Positions 48,801 through 60,800 of a stretch of DNA of 64,000 bases are shown here, piece by piece (positions within the stretch are counted from its first letter, which is position 1; every line of letters starts with the position of its first letter). Location: contig CATNEN010000041.1 of NCBI GenBank assembly GCA_950097015.1, forward strand, positions 682,001 through 746,000, read 5' to 3'. A model generated the notes under the pieces. That model saw nothing but the letters and a program-made list of their open reading frames with translations, was not told the DNA's origin and did not search any database. Origin of the DNA: Macrostomum hystrix. Taxonomy: Eukaryota > Animalia > Platyhelminthes. The translations under genes and the position numbers were made by a program.

Positions 48801-51800
48801 GTGTGTGAGTGTGTGTGTGAGTGTGTGTGTGTGTGAGTGTGTGTGTGAGTGTGTGTGTGAGTGTGTGTGAGTGTGAGTGTGTGTGAGTGTGTGTGAGTGT
48901 GAGTGTGTGTGAGTGTGTGAGTGTGTGTGTGAGTGTGTGTGAGTGTGTGTGAGTGTGTGTGAGTGTGTGTGTGAGTGTGTGTGTGAGTGTGTGTGAGTGT
49001 GTGTGAGTGTGTGTGAGTGTGTGTGAGTGTGTGTGAGTGAGTGTCTGTGTGAGTGTGTGTGAGTGTGTGTGTGAGTGTGTGTGTGTGTGAGTGTGTGTGT
49101 GAGTGTGTGTGTGAGTGTGTGTGAGTGTGAGTGTGTGTGAGTGTGTGTGAGTGTGAGTGTGTGTGAGTGTGTGAGTGTGTGAGTTTGTGAGTGTGTGTGA
49201 GTGTGTGTGAGTGTGTGAGTGTGTGTGAGTGTGTGTGTGTGTGTGAGTGTGTGTGAGTGTGTGTGAGTGTGTGTGAGTGTGTGTGAGTGTGAGTGTGTGT
49301 GAGTGTGTGAGTGTGTGTGTGAGTGTGTGTGAGTGTGTGTGAGTGTGTGTGAGTGTGTGTGTGAGTGTGTGTGTGAGTGTGTGAGTGAGTGTGAGTGTGT
49401 GTGAGTGTGTGAGTGTGTGAGTGAGTGTGTGTGTGAGTGTGTGTGAGTGTGTGTGTGAGTGTGTGTGTGTGTGAGTGTGTGTGAGTGTGTGTGTGAGTGT
49501 GTGTGAGTGTGTGAGTGTGTGAGTGTGTGAGTGTGTGTGAGTGTGTGTGAGTGTGTGTGAGTGTGTGTGTGTGTGTGAGTGTGTGTGAGTGTGTGTGAGT
49601 GTGTGTGTGTGTGTGAGTGTGTGTGTGAGTGTGTGTGAGTGTGTGTGTGAGTGTGTGTGTGTGTGTGTGTGAGTGTGTGTGAGTGTGTGTGAGTGTGAGT
49701 GTGTGTGAGTGTGTGTGTGTGTGAGTGTGTGTGAGTGTGTGTGTGAGTGTGTGTGTGTGTGAGTGTGTGTGTGAGTGTGTGTGTGAGTGTGTGTGAGTGT
49801 GAGTTTGTGTGAGTGTGTGTGAGTGTGAGTGTGTGTGAGTGTGTGAGTGTGTGTGTGAGTGTGTGTGAGTGTGTGTGAGTGTGTGTGAGTGTGTGTGTGA
49901 GTGTGTGTGTGAGTGTGTGTGAGTGTGTGTGAGTGTGTGTGAGTGTGTGTGAGTGAGTGTCTGTGTGAGTGTGTGTGAGTGTGTGTGTGAGTGTGTGTGT
50001 GTGAGTGTGTGTGTGAGTGTGTGTGTGAGTGTGTGTGAGTGTGAGTGTGTGTGAGTGTGTGTGAGTGTGAGTGTGTGTGAGTGTGTGAGTGTGTGAGTTT
50101 GTGAGTGTGTGTGAGTGTGTGTGAGTGTGTGAGTGTGTGTGAGTGTGTGTGTGTGTGTGAGTGTGTGTGAGTGTGTGTGAGTGTGTGTGAGTGTGTGTGA
50201 GTGTGAGTGTGTGTGAGTGTGTGAGTGTGTGTGTGAGTGTGTGTGAGTGTGTGTGAGTGTGTGTGAGTGTGTGTGTGAGTGTGTGTGTGAGTGTGTGAGT
50301 GAGTGTGTGTGTGTGTGAGTGTGTGTGTGAGTGTGTGTGAGTATGTGTGTGAGTGTGTGTGTGTGTGTGTGTGTGAGTGTGTGTGAGTGTGTGTGAGTGT
50401 GTGTGAGTGTGTGTGTGAGTGTGTGTGTGAGTGTGTGTGAGTGTGTGTGAGTGTGTGTGAGTGTGTGTGAGTGAGTGTCTGTGTGAGTGTGTGTGAGTGT
50501 GTGTGTGAGTGTGTGTGTGTGAGTGTGTGTGTGAGTGTGTGTGTGAGTGTGTGAGTGTGTGTGAGTGTGTGTGAGTGTGTGTGTGTGTGTGAGTGTGTGT
50601 GAGTGTGTGTGAGTGTGTGTGAGTGTGTGAGTTTGTGAGTGTGTGTGAGTGTGTGTGAGTGTGTGAGTGTGTGTGAGTGTGTGTGTGTGTGTGAGTGTGT
50701 GTGAGTGTGTGTGAGTGTGTGTGAGTGTGTGCGAGTGTGTGTGAGTGTGTGTGTGAGTGTGTGAGTGTGAGTGTGCGTGTGCGAGTGTGTGTGAGATGGA
50801 AGGGACGCACCGGTCGGCGGGGCGGCAAAATCGCATTTTCAACGTGAGTCCACCCCGACTGATCATTGATTGCCAGAGAGGGTCTGGACGGAGTCTGCAG
50901 GCGGGGGGGCGGGCGGGTTCTGGATGGGATGACGGAGAAATTCGATTGCGGCGGTTTAAAAAATGATACCCGAGTGCGGCTGCTGTGCACCGCCCCCCCG
51001 CCGCCAGCTCCTGACTGACTTATCAAAGTCAGATTCGTCTGCGGTTCTTTCTGGCTCCGATTTTATCCACTTTTCCGCCTGCTTCTTCTTTCGCGGCCTG
51101 CACTTTAATTTGTCCCTGAAGTGTCTGCAGACCGCCTGCCCGGCTAGGCGGTGCACTCTGATGAGCAAAGGACTTCTTTGAGCTTTTCCTGTCTCTGGCC
51201 GACTCCAATTCTTCCGAATAATTTGTTTGCTAGAGAGAGCTACAGGAATCACTGAATCACTTCATGGCATGGCAACTGCTCTGCCTGTCTGCCTGTCCTA
51301 TCTCTCTGCTTTTGTCTAGCGTCTTTCAGATTCAACACTGGCCCTCTGCCTGACTCTCCCTGCTAGACTGCATTTTGCAGACTCTGCCCCTCTCTGCCAC
51401 TCTCTGCCACCCTCTGCCACTCTCTGCCACTCTCTGCCCCTCTCTGCCACTCTCTGCCACTCTCTGCCCCTCTCTGCCACTCTCTGCCACCCTCTGCCAC
51501 TCTCTGCCACTCTCTGCCCCTCTCTGCCACTCTCTGCCACTCTCTGCCCCTCTCTGCCACTCTCTGCCACTCTCTGCCACCCTCTGCCACTCTCTGCCAC
51601 TCTCTGCCACTCTCTGCCACCCTCTGCCACTCTCTGCCACTCTCTGCCACTCTCTGCCACTCTCTGCCACTCTCTGCCACCCTCTGCCACTCTCTGCCAC
51701 TCTCTGCCACTCTCTGCCACCCTCTGCCACTCTCTGCCACTCTCTGCCACTCTCTGCCACCCTCTGCCACTCTCTGCCACTCTCTGCCACCCTCTGCCAC

Positions 51801-54800
51801 TCTCTGCCACTCTCTGCCACTCTCTGCCACCCTCTGCCACTCTCTGCCACTCTCTGCCACCCTCTGCCACTCTCTGCCCCTCTCTGCCACTCTCTGCCAC
51901 TCTCTGCCCCTCTTTGTCACTCTCTGCCACTCTCTGCCACTCTCTGCCCTCTCTGCCCCTCTCTGTCACTCTCTGCCACTTTCTCCCACTCTCTGCCACT
52001 CTCTGCCACTCTCTGCCCTCTCTGCCCCTCTCTGTCACTCTCTGCCACTTTCTCCCACTCTCTGCCACTCTCTGCCACTCTCTGCCCCTCTCTGCCCCTC
52101 TCTGTCACTCTCTGCCACTTTCTCCAACTCTCTGCCACCCTCTGCCACCCTCTGCCACTCTCTGCCACCCTCTGCCACCCTCTGCCACTCTCTGCCACTC
52201 TCTGCCACCCTCTGCCACTCTCTGCCACTCTCTGCCACTCTCTGCCACCCTCTGCCACTCTCTGCCACTCTCTGCCACTCTCTGCCACCCTCTGCCACTC
52301 TCTGCCACTCTCTGCCACCCTCTGCCACTCTCTGCCACTCTCTGCCACTCTCTGCCACCCTCTGCCACTCTCTGCCACTCTCTGCCACCCTCTGCCACTC
52401 TCTGCCCCTCTCTGTCACTCTCTGCCACTCTCTGCCACTCTCTGCCACTCTCTGCCACCCTCTGCCACTCTCTGCCACTCTCTGCCACCCTCTGCCACTC
52501 TCTGCCCCTCTCTGTCACTCTCTCCCACTCTCTGCCCCTTGTCACTCTCTGTCACTCTCTGTCACTCTCTGCCACTCTCTGCCACCCTCTGCCACTCTCT
52601 GCCACTCTCTGCCACCCTCTGCCACTCTCTGCCACTCTCTGCCACCCTCTGCCACTCTCTGCCACTCTCTGCCACTCTCTGCCACCCTCTGCCACTCTCT
52701 GCCACTCTCTGCCACTCTCTGCCACCCTCTGCCACTCTCTGCCACTCTCTGCCACCCTCTGCCACTCTCTGCCCCTCTCTGTCACTCTCTCCCACTCTCT
52801 GCCCCTTGTCACTCTCTGTCACTCTCTGTCACTCTCTGCCCCTCTCTGCCACTCTCTGCCACTCTCTGCCCCTCTTTGTCACTCTCTGCCACTCTCTGCC
52901 ACTCTCTGCCCTCTCTGCCCCTCTCTGTCACTCTCTGCCACTTTCTCCCACTCTCTGCCACTCTCTGCCACTCTCTGCCCTCTCTGCCCCTCTCTGTCAC
53001 TCTCTGCCACTTTCTCCCACTCTCTGCCACTCTCTGCCACTCTCTGCCCCTCTCTGCCCCTCTCTGTCACTCTCTGCCACTTTCTCCAACTCTCTGCCAC
53101 CCTCTGCCCACCCTCTGCCACTCTCTGCCACCCTCTGCCACCCTCTGCCACTCTCTGCCACTCTCTGCCACCCTCTGCCACTCTCTGCCACTCTCTGCCA
53201 CTCTCTGCCACCCTCTGCCACTCTCTGCCACTCTCTGCCACTCTCTGCCACCCTCTGCCACTCTCTGCCACTCTCTGCCACCCTCTGCCACTCTCTGCCA
53301 CTCTCTGCCACTCTCTGCCACCCTCTGCCACTCTCTGCCACTCTCTGCCACCCTCTGCCACTCTCTGCCCCTCTCTGTCACTCTCTGCCACTTCTCTGCC
53401 ACTCTCTGCCACTCTCTGCCACCCTCTGCCACTCTCTGCCACTCTCTGCCACCCTCTGCCACTCTCTGCCCCTCTCTGTCACTCTCTCCCACTCTCTGCC
53501 CCTTGTCACTCTCTGTCACTCTCTGTCACTCTCTGCCACTCTCTGCCACCCTCTGCCACTCTCTGCCACTCTCTGCCACCCTCTGCCACTCTCTGCCACT
53601 CTCTGCCACCCTCTGCCACTCTCTGCCACTCTCTGCCACTCTCTGCCACCCTCTGCCACTCTCTGCCACTCTCTGCCACCCTCTGCCACTCTCTGCCACT
53701 CTCTGCCACTCTCTGCCACCCTCTGCCACTCTCTGCCACTCTCTGCCCTCTCTGCCCCTCTCTGTCACTCTCTGCCACTTTCTCCCACTCTCTGCCACTC
53801 TCTGCCACTCTCTGCCCCTCTCTGCCCCTCTCTGTCACTCTCTGCCACTTTCTCCAACTCTCTGCCACCCTCTGCCACCCTCTGCCACTCTCTGCCACCC
53901 TCTGCCACCCTCTGCCACTCTCTGCCACTCTCTGCCACCCTCTGCCACTCTCTGCCACTCTCTGCCACTCTCTGCCACCCTCTGCCACTCTCTGCCACTC
54001 TCTGCCACTCTCTGCCACCCTCTGCCACTCTCTGCCACTCTCTGCCACCCTCTGCCACTCTCTGCCACTCTCTGCCACTCTCTGCCACCCTCTGCCACTC
54101 TCTGCCACTCTCTGCCACCCTCTGCCACTCTCTGCCCCTCTCTGTCACTCTCTGCCACTCTCTGCCACTCTCTGCCACTCTCTGCCACCCTCTGCCACTC
54201 TCTGCCACTCTCTGCCACTCTCTGCCACCCTCTGCACTCTCTGCCACTCTCTGCCACCCTCTGCCACTCTCTGCCACTCTCTGCCACTCTCTGCCACCCT
54301 CTGCCACTCTCTGCCACTCTCTGCCCCTCTCTGCCACTCTCTGCCCCTCTCTGCCACTCTCTACCCTTCTCTGTCACTCTCTGCCACTCTCTCCCACTTT
54401 CTGCCCCTCTCTGCCCCACTGCCCCTCTCTGTCACTCTCTGCCCGTCTGAACTATTTGGCCCCGGCTATCGCAAAGTGCATTTCCCGCCCCAGTAAGACT
54501 GGAAGCCAGATAGATCGGTCTGAAAGCACCAATTAAAGTGTCTGAGAGAGCAATTCCGTGTCACTTCCAGTTTGATGCGGCCATTAAAGTATTCGTGCCG
54601 CGGCTCCCGCCGACCAGAAACTTGAGCAGGCAGCGGCAAATGCCTATTGAGCTATTTGCGGTGCGGTCCTATTGTTCAGTTCAATCCAATGCTGTGTGTT
54701 TGTGGCTGGCTGGATATTATTAGTGCGAATATTTGATTTATTACCCGTTTCCTTAATTCATTTTGCTACAATTCTAATCAGCCTACATCAGTATCGCACG

Positions 54801-57800
54801 GTTTAACTTTACACTCCCCTCACTCTATCTGCCTAATTCTCATTCCCTCATATCCACCTCTCCCTCTCTCTCCCTCTCCCTCTCTCTCCCTCTCTCTCCC
54901 TCTCTCCCTTCCTCTATCTCCCTACCTCTCTCTCCCTAACTTTCTCTCCCTACCTCTCTCTCCCTACCTCTCTCTCCCTACCTCTCTCTCCCTAACTTTC
55001 TCTCCCTACCTCTCTCTCCCTACCTCTCTCTCCCTACCTCTCTCTCCCTACCTCTCTTTCCCTCTCTCCCTACCTCTCTCTCCCTACCTCTCTCTCCCTA
55101 CCTCTCTCTCCCTCTCTCCCTACCTCTCTTTCCCTCTCTCCCTACCTCTCTCTCCCTACCTCTCTCTCCCTCTCTCCCTACCTCTCTCTCCCTACCTCTC
55201 TCTCCCTACCTCTCTCTCCCTACCTCTCTCTCCCTACCTCTCTCTCCCTACCTCTCTCTCCCTACCTCTCTCTCCCTACCTCTCTCTCCCTACCTCTCTC
55301 TCCCTACCTCTCTCTCCCTACCTCTCTCTCCCTACCTCTCTCTCCCTACCTCTCTCTCCCTACCTCTCTCTCCCTACCTCTCTCTCCCTACCTCTCTCTC
55401 CCTACCTCTCTCTCCCTACCTCTCTCTCCCTACCTCTCTCTCCCTACCTCTCTCTCCCTACCTCTCTCTCCCTACCTCTCTCTCCCTACCTCTCTCTCCC
55501 TACCTCTCTCTCCCTACCTCTCTCTCCCTACCTCTCTCTCCCTACCTCTCTCTCCCTACCTCTCTCTCCCTACCTCTCTCTCCCTACCTCTCTCTCCCTA
55601 CCTCTCTCTACCTACCTTTCTCTACGACCGAGTCAGTGCCACGGAGTTGAGTGAGTATGGATTGAGTTGCGGGGCGCTGCCGAATCGATTACGATATGTT
55701 GAGATTGAAAGCTGGATTTGAACAAGCGCCTATAGCCTAATGGCTAGAGCGCTAGGCTAGACTCTACTGATGAGCTCCAAAAAGAGCGAAACGCGTCTGG
55801 AGTTGCCTTGGTTCGAATCCTGATTTCAATTTTTTCGATACATATCAGAATCGATTCCAACATTAGATTTTTGAAATTCAATGGGCATTGTCCTCTCTCC
55901 TCTCTCCCTCTCTCTCTAATGGCTAGTGCAGCTGGCACTTTGACTTGCACACCGGGTGGCCGCTGACAATGTCAGGTGACAATGAAATCTTGTTTTTTCC
56001 GGCAGCGCAAACTGACTGGCACGAATATTGTGGAAGGAATTTACCTGTTGCTTGAACAGCAGGACTGCCTGCAGCACATCAGGCCGCTGTTTGACAGCGG
56101 TTCGCCAGCCAGTCCACCGTCTACAATCTAGGGGGGAGGATTAACCTAGTCCAGGTGCTCTCAGGTGCAGACAGACCCGCACATCGATGGCAGAAGTCCA
56201 CGAAAGCAGCAAGTTCAAAGGAGATGATTTGCATGGAATTTCCCAGCTGTCATAATGTGCACTTGCGATGCTGTGGAACCATCTTTGATTAATTACTAAA
56301 TTCTCTATTTATGAGAAATCCCAACTGGCCGTTCACTGCAAATAAAATCATAAAGACTTTCGGAATTAGATCGGCTGTTCCGTTGTCGAGGTACTGCAAA
56401 ATGTTCGCCCTTGATGGCCAACCTCCAAGGCACAGTGCGAGTGTAAACTTCCTTTGTGGACACACCTTTGTGAGCGTGTGCCTGCCTACGGTATCTGTGT
56501 GCGTGTGTGCTCAGGAGTCAGCGAAATGAGCAGAATTGCGGGTCTAGTGCCACCAAATGGTGTGCCATTGCCCGCAGCCCTCCTGCAATTATTCTTATTA
56601 TTATTACTAACCCCAGAGGCACAGTGTAGGGTAGTACACTGCCTTACAAAGAGAAAGTCAAAATGTACTTGCATACTGTACATTATCGAAGTGTTCATCC
56701 GTCTTAATTCCCCTTAGCTTATGGGGAAAAAATAAAAAAAGTCTAACAAGGACCGAGGCTGTGACTCACCGGAGTTGATCTGACCTGACAGTTCGCAGAA
56801 TTATGGAAGCGAAAAAGTGCATTGGGAAAACTTCTTAGCCAGCCTCCGCAGTGCGGTCTGCCGGGCACTCAGCGATAACCCTGACTGCTCCGAGGAAATC
56901 TACTCAGGCCAGGCCACTCCAACACGTCTCCGAGCTGCTCCGCATCACCCATTGCCTCTTGGAGCTCCGCAAACATCAGAAATGTGACACCCGCTTGTCT
57001 GCCAACATGTTGCTAACCTGCTCTTAGGGGGGCCGCCCCGCCTCCTCCTCCCTCAATCTCTCCTCCAAGTCATTCCAAATCAGACGGTCTCTCACCGGTC
57101 TCTGTGTAGGATGGAGTGCTCAACCCTGAGCACTCGGTTTCATTCGGCAATGCAGCCTCCTTCACCTCATCTCAATCGCTAATTCCATCTCGGTTAGAGG
57201 GGCTGAAATCTGAAATCTGAAATCACTGCGCATTCTGCCATTCTTGTGATTCTCAGCACCTAATCTGTATTTGGATAAGAGAGCTGTCAGAACTCATCAG
57301 GTTTGAGTACTCAGTTGCTGCCCACTTTGAACTGGTCTGATTACTGTTTTCACTCTCAGGACCAGCAGAATGGCTGTCGATACCCTCTGCCGCCCTTCAT
57401 TTTTTATTGTCTCTGATCTCTTACGGCAAATTCCGCATCTTGTCCTGTGTCTGTCCACCCGTCATTTTATCCCAACCTTCCCTTTCTCTCTCATAATCTC
57501 ACTCCATTCCTCCCTGTCTCTCTCATAATCCCATCCCATCCCTCACTGTCTCTCCCATAATCCCATCCCATCCCTCACTGTCTCTCCCATAATCCCATCC
57601 CATCCCTCACTGTCTCTCCCATAATCCCATCCCATCCCTCACTGTCTCTCCCATAATCCCATCCCATCCCTCACTGTCTCTCCCATAATCCCATCCCATC
57701 CCTCACTGTCTCTCCCATAATCCCATCCCATCCCTCACTGTCTCTCCCATAATCCCATCCCATCCCTCACTGTCTCTCCCATAATCCCATCCCATCCCTC

Positions 57801-60800
57801 ACTGTCTCTCCCATAATCCCATCCCATCCCTCACTGTCTCTCCCATAATCCCATCCCATCCCTCACTGTCTCTCCCATAATCCCATCCCATCCCTCACTG
57901 TCTCTCCCATAATCCCATCCCATCCCTCACTGTCTCTCCCATAATCCCATCCCATCCCTCACTGTCTCTCCCATAATCCCATCCCATCCCTCACTGTCTC
58001 TCCCATAATCCCATCCCATCCCTCACTGTCTCTCCCATAATCCCATCCCATCCCTCACTGTCTCTCCCATAATCCCATCCCATCCCTCACTGTCTCTCCC
58101 ATAATCCCATCCCATCCCTCACTGTCTCTCCATAATCCCATCCCATCCCTCACTGTCTCTCCCATAATCCCATCCCATCCCTCACTGTCTCTCCCATAAT
58201 CTCAACCCATTTTTACCTGTCTCTACCATAATCTCGCCGCGCTCCTCCAGTCTCATCAAAGCCCCCCGTTCCCCTAGAGTACACCCCGCAGTTTTATCCC
58301 CAGAGCACAGAGCCGCAATGTCACCATCCGCAGGCTCTGTCCGCCTGGCCCATCGGCTGGACTTTGAGTCGGCTGCTCAGCACGAGCTCAGCATCCTGGC
58401 TGCCAGGCCCGCCAGTCCCGGCCTGCCTGCCCGCCTGCGCCTCATGGTCGGAGTGCTGGTGAGGCGCGCGCGACTCTTTTTGGGCTCGAGTGTGCTTATC
58501 TAACTACTCGGGTCAGTAGGCTAGTTGAGAAAATAGCTGAAAAATATGTAGGAGTATATCTAAATCGCTTATCTAGCGAACCGCATTAAACTCACTGATT
58601 CTTTGAGGCCCCAAATATTCCGTTGGTCACAGCAATCGCCCAGTCCTTCAGTAGGAGGTCACAACACTCATCCCAGTCCTTCAGTGAATAATTCAACACA
58701 AATTCCAAACTCGCCTGCAGGATGAAAACGATGAGAAGCCCGAGTTTGAACTTCCCAGCTACCTACTTGAGATCTCCGAGGCCGAGCAGCCAGGCGTCCG
58801 CGCCTTAGCAACGCTGATTGCCAAGGACGCAGACTCAGGTCCCGGCGGTCACGTGACCTATTGGCTGGAAGGACAGGCCACCGAGTTCCTGGAGATTCGC
58901 CCGGAGACCGGGCAAGTCTGGCTGCGGCAGGCGCTGGACTTTGAGGCCAGGGCGGAACTCCGCGGCTGGGTTTGGGCCATAGACAGCGGCGAGCCTCGGC
59001 TGTCCGCCTCCGCGCCGCTCACGGTGAGGATCTTATGATGCCGAAAATTCCATTTTTGGGATCACATTCAAAGTCCCTAAGCTTTACCTCCCCTCAGATC
59101 CGCGTCCTGAACTTCAACGACAATCCGCCGGTGTTTGTCCGCCAGTGTTTCGATGCAGCCCTGCCGGTGAACTCGCCTCCCGGCACTTTCGTGGCGCGGC
59201 TCCACGCTATCGATGCCGACGAGGCGGCCGAGCTTCAGGCTCGGAGCTCCTCCGGGCCGAGCTTGACCTACCGCCTGGAGACTGGGTCGAATTCCAGCCG
59301 GCTCCGCGTCAACCCAGCAACCGGCGACGTCACCTACTGGCCGGCTATCGGTGAAACGGCCGCAGCGGAGCTGACCGTGACAGTTTTGGCCATAGACAGT
59401 GCACTGACTAGCCGGGCGACGCTACGAGTGCGGCTACTAGACGCGGGAGGCGGCCGCGGCCCCAGGTGCCCGCAGCGGCTGCTGCACGTGCGGCTGAGCG
59501 AGTCGGCGCCCACCGGGTCGACCGTCTTCCGCCTGGATTTTCACAACGGGCCTGTTGGTGCTGACATCATCGGCGACGTCGCCTCAGCTGCACTGGCTCT
59601 AGAAGTCGTCGGGAACGGCAGCGTCATCGTCGGGAAGCTTCGGGTGCCATTGGACAGGGAGCGGCAACGGCTATACGACTTTCTGCTGGCGGTGGCTGAT
59701 GCCGAAGGTCGATGGGACGTTTGCCAGGTGGGAAACTGCTGAAATGTGAAGCCTGATTGGCTACTTTGCCGTCTTAGCTCGAATAGACTAGCAATCCATT
59801 TCTCAGTCCAGGGAGCAGATTAGCAATCCGATTCACCATCAACTTCCCAGGTGGTCCTTTCTGTCGATGACGAAAACGACAATCCTCCCGAGTTCGACTT
59901 TCCCGGCGCCAGCGTTGTCATGGCAACGGACAGGACTCCCGATGCGCTCGTCCACCGCCTGACGGCCAGCGACGCGGACAGGCCGGATCTGCCTTCGGCT
60001 GTCCCCGCCAGGTTCGAACTCGTGACCGAGCCGGATCCCCGGTTCCGACTGGACCCTGAATCTGGCCGGGTCTCCCTGACGTCGGCGACAGGGTTCAACG
60101 ACTTGACAAAGGCGCGCCTTCGATTTCGCGCCGTGGACCGGGAGACGCCGCGCCTGACATCTGCCACCACGTTTCAGCTCGATGTGGTCTTCGCTGGTGT
60201 CAGTGGAATCCCCGAGCTGACGGCTGACTGCAGCCCTGGTCACAAGGACGGTCGCGCCAGCACGCTCATAATTCGAAGTTCGTCAGCGGACCTCGCAGTC
60301 TGCCGCATTCACCGTCACGGCCGGAACATCGCCTCCTTGGAGTCGGCTGGCCTTATGGTCGAGATTCGACCAGTGGGTGTCCTGGATGCCTTCGTCAATC
60401 TTGACGAGGTCCGTCTGCACCTGAAAAATCGGCAGCGCACAAGACGTTCAGCAGCTGCCGCCGCACCGGCCGCTTCCACAGTCCAGGTGACATTCTTCGT
60501 CGCTGACCGGCCCGATGTTCGACTTAGCCGCGACTTCTGGGTCGTCGCCGCGGTGCCCGCGTCTCCTCCTCCGACGCCGGCATTCGAGTCGGCCGCCTAC
60601 TCGCTTGCCGTGCGCGAAGACGCCCCGCCTGGGGAGCCGCTCTTAACGCTGCGAACAGCGCCGGGCGCCGCAGCTGTCGGCCGGTTGCGATTTCGGCTCG
60701 AAGCGGCTGCTGAGTCGGATGAGTGGCACCTGCAGCATCTCAGCCTGCACCCGGACACGGGCCTGCTGTCTGTCGGGTCTCGGCCGCTGGATCGCGAAAC

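Noticed and set aside
51155-51190. CTGATGAGC... candidate hammerhead core; other CTGATGA hits at 14821 and, on the minus strand, about 2160 and 57300
   Set aside because: None is followed by a stem II plus GAAA and a cleavage triplet.
45811-54536. Long ORFs of 500-1,053 aa (LSPCHSP, HTHTHS, LPLSATLCH, AESGREWQRV)
   Set aside because: They are translations of stop-free satellites, open in several frames and on both strands, and lie inside a cadherin intron.
55726-55830. Interpretation as an intron-containing tRNA-Ser(AGA)
   Set aside because: The acceptor stem and T stem do not pair, there is no room for a variable loop, and the D stem has a mismatch; it is tRNA-derived, not a tRNA.
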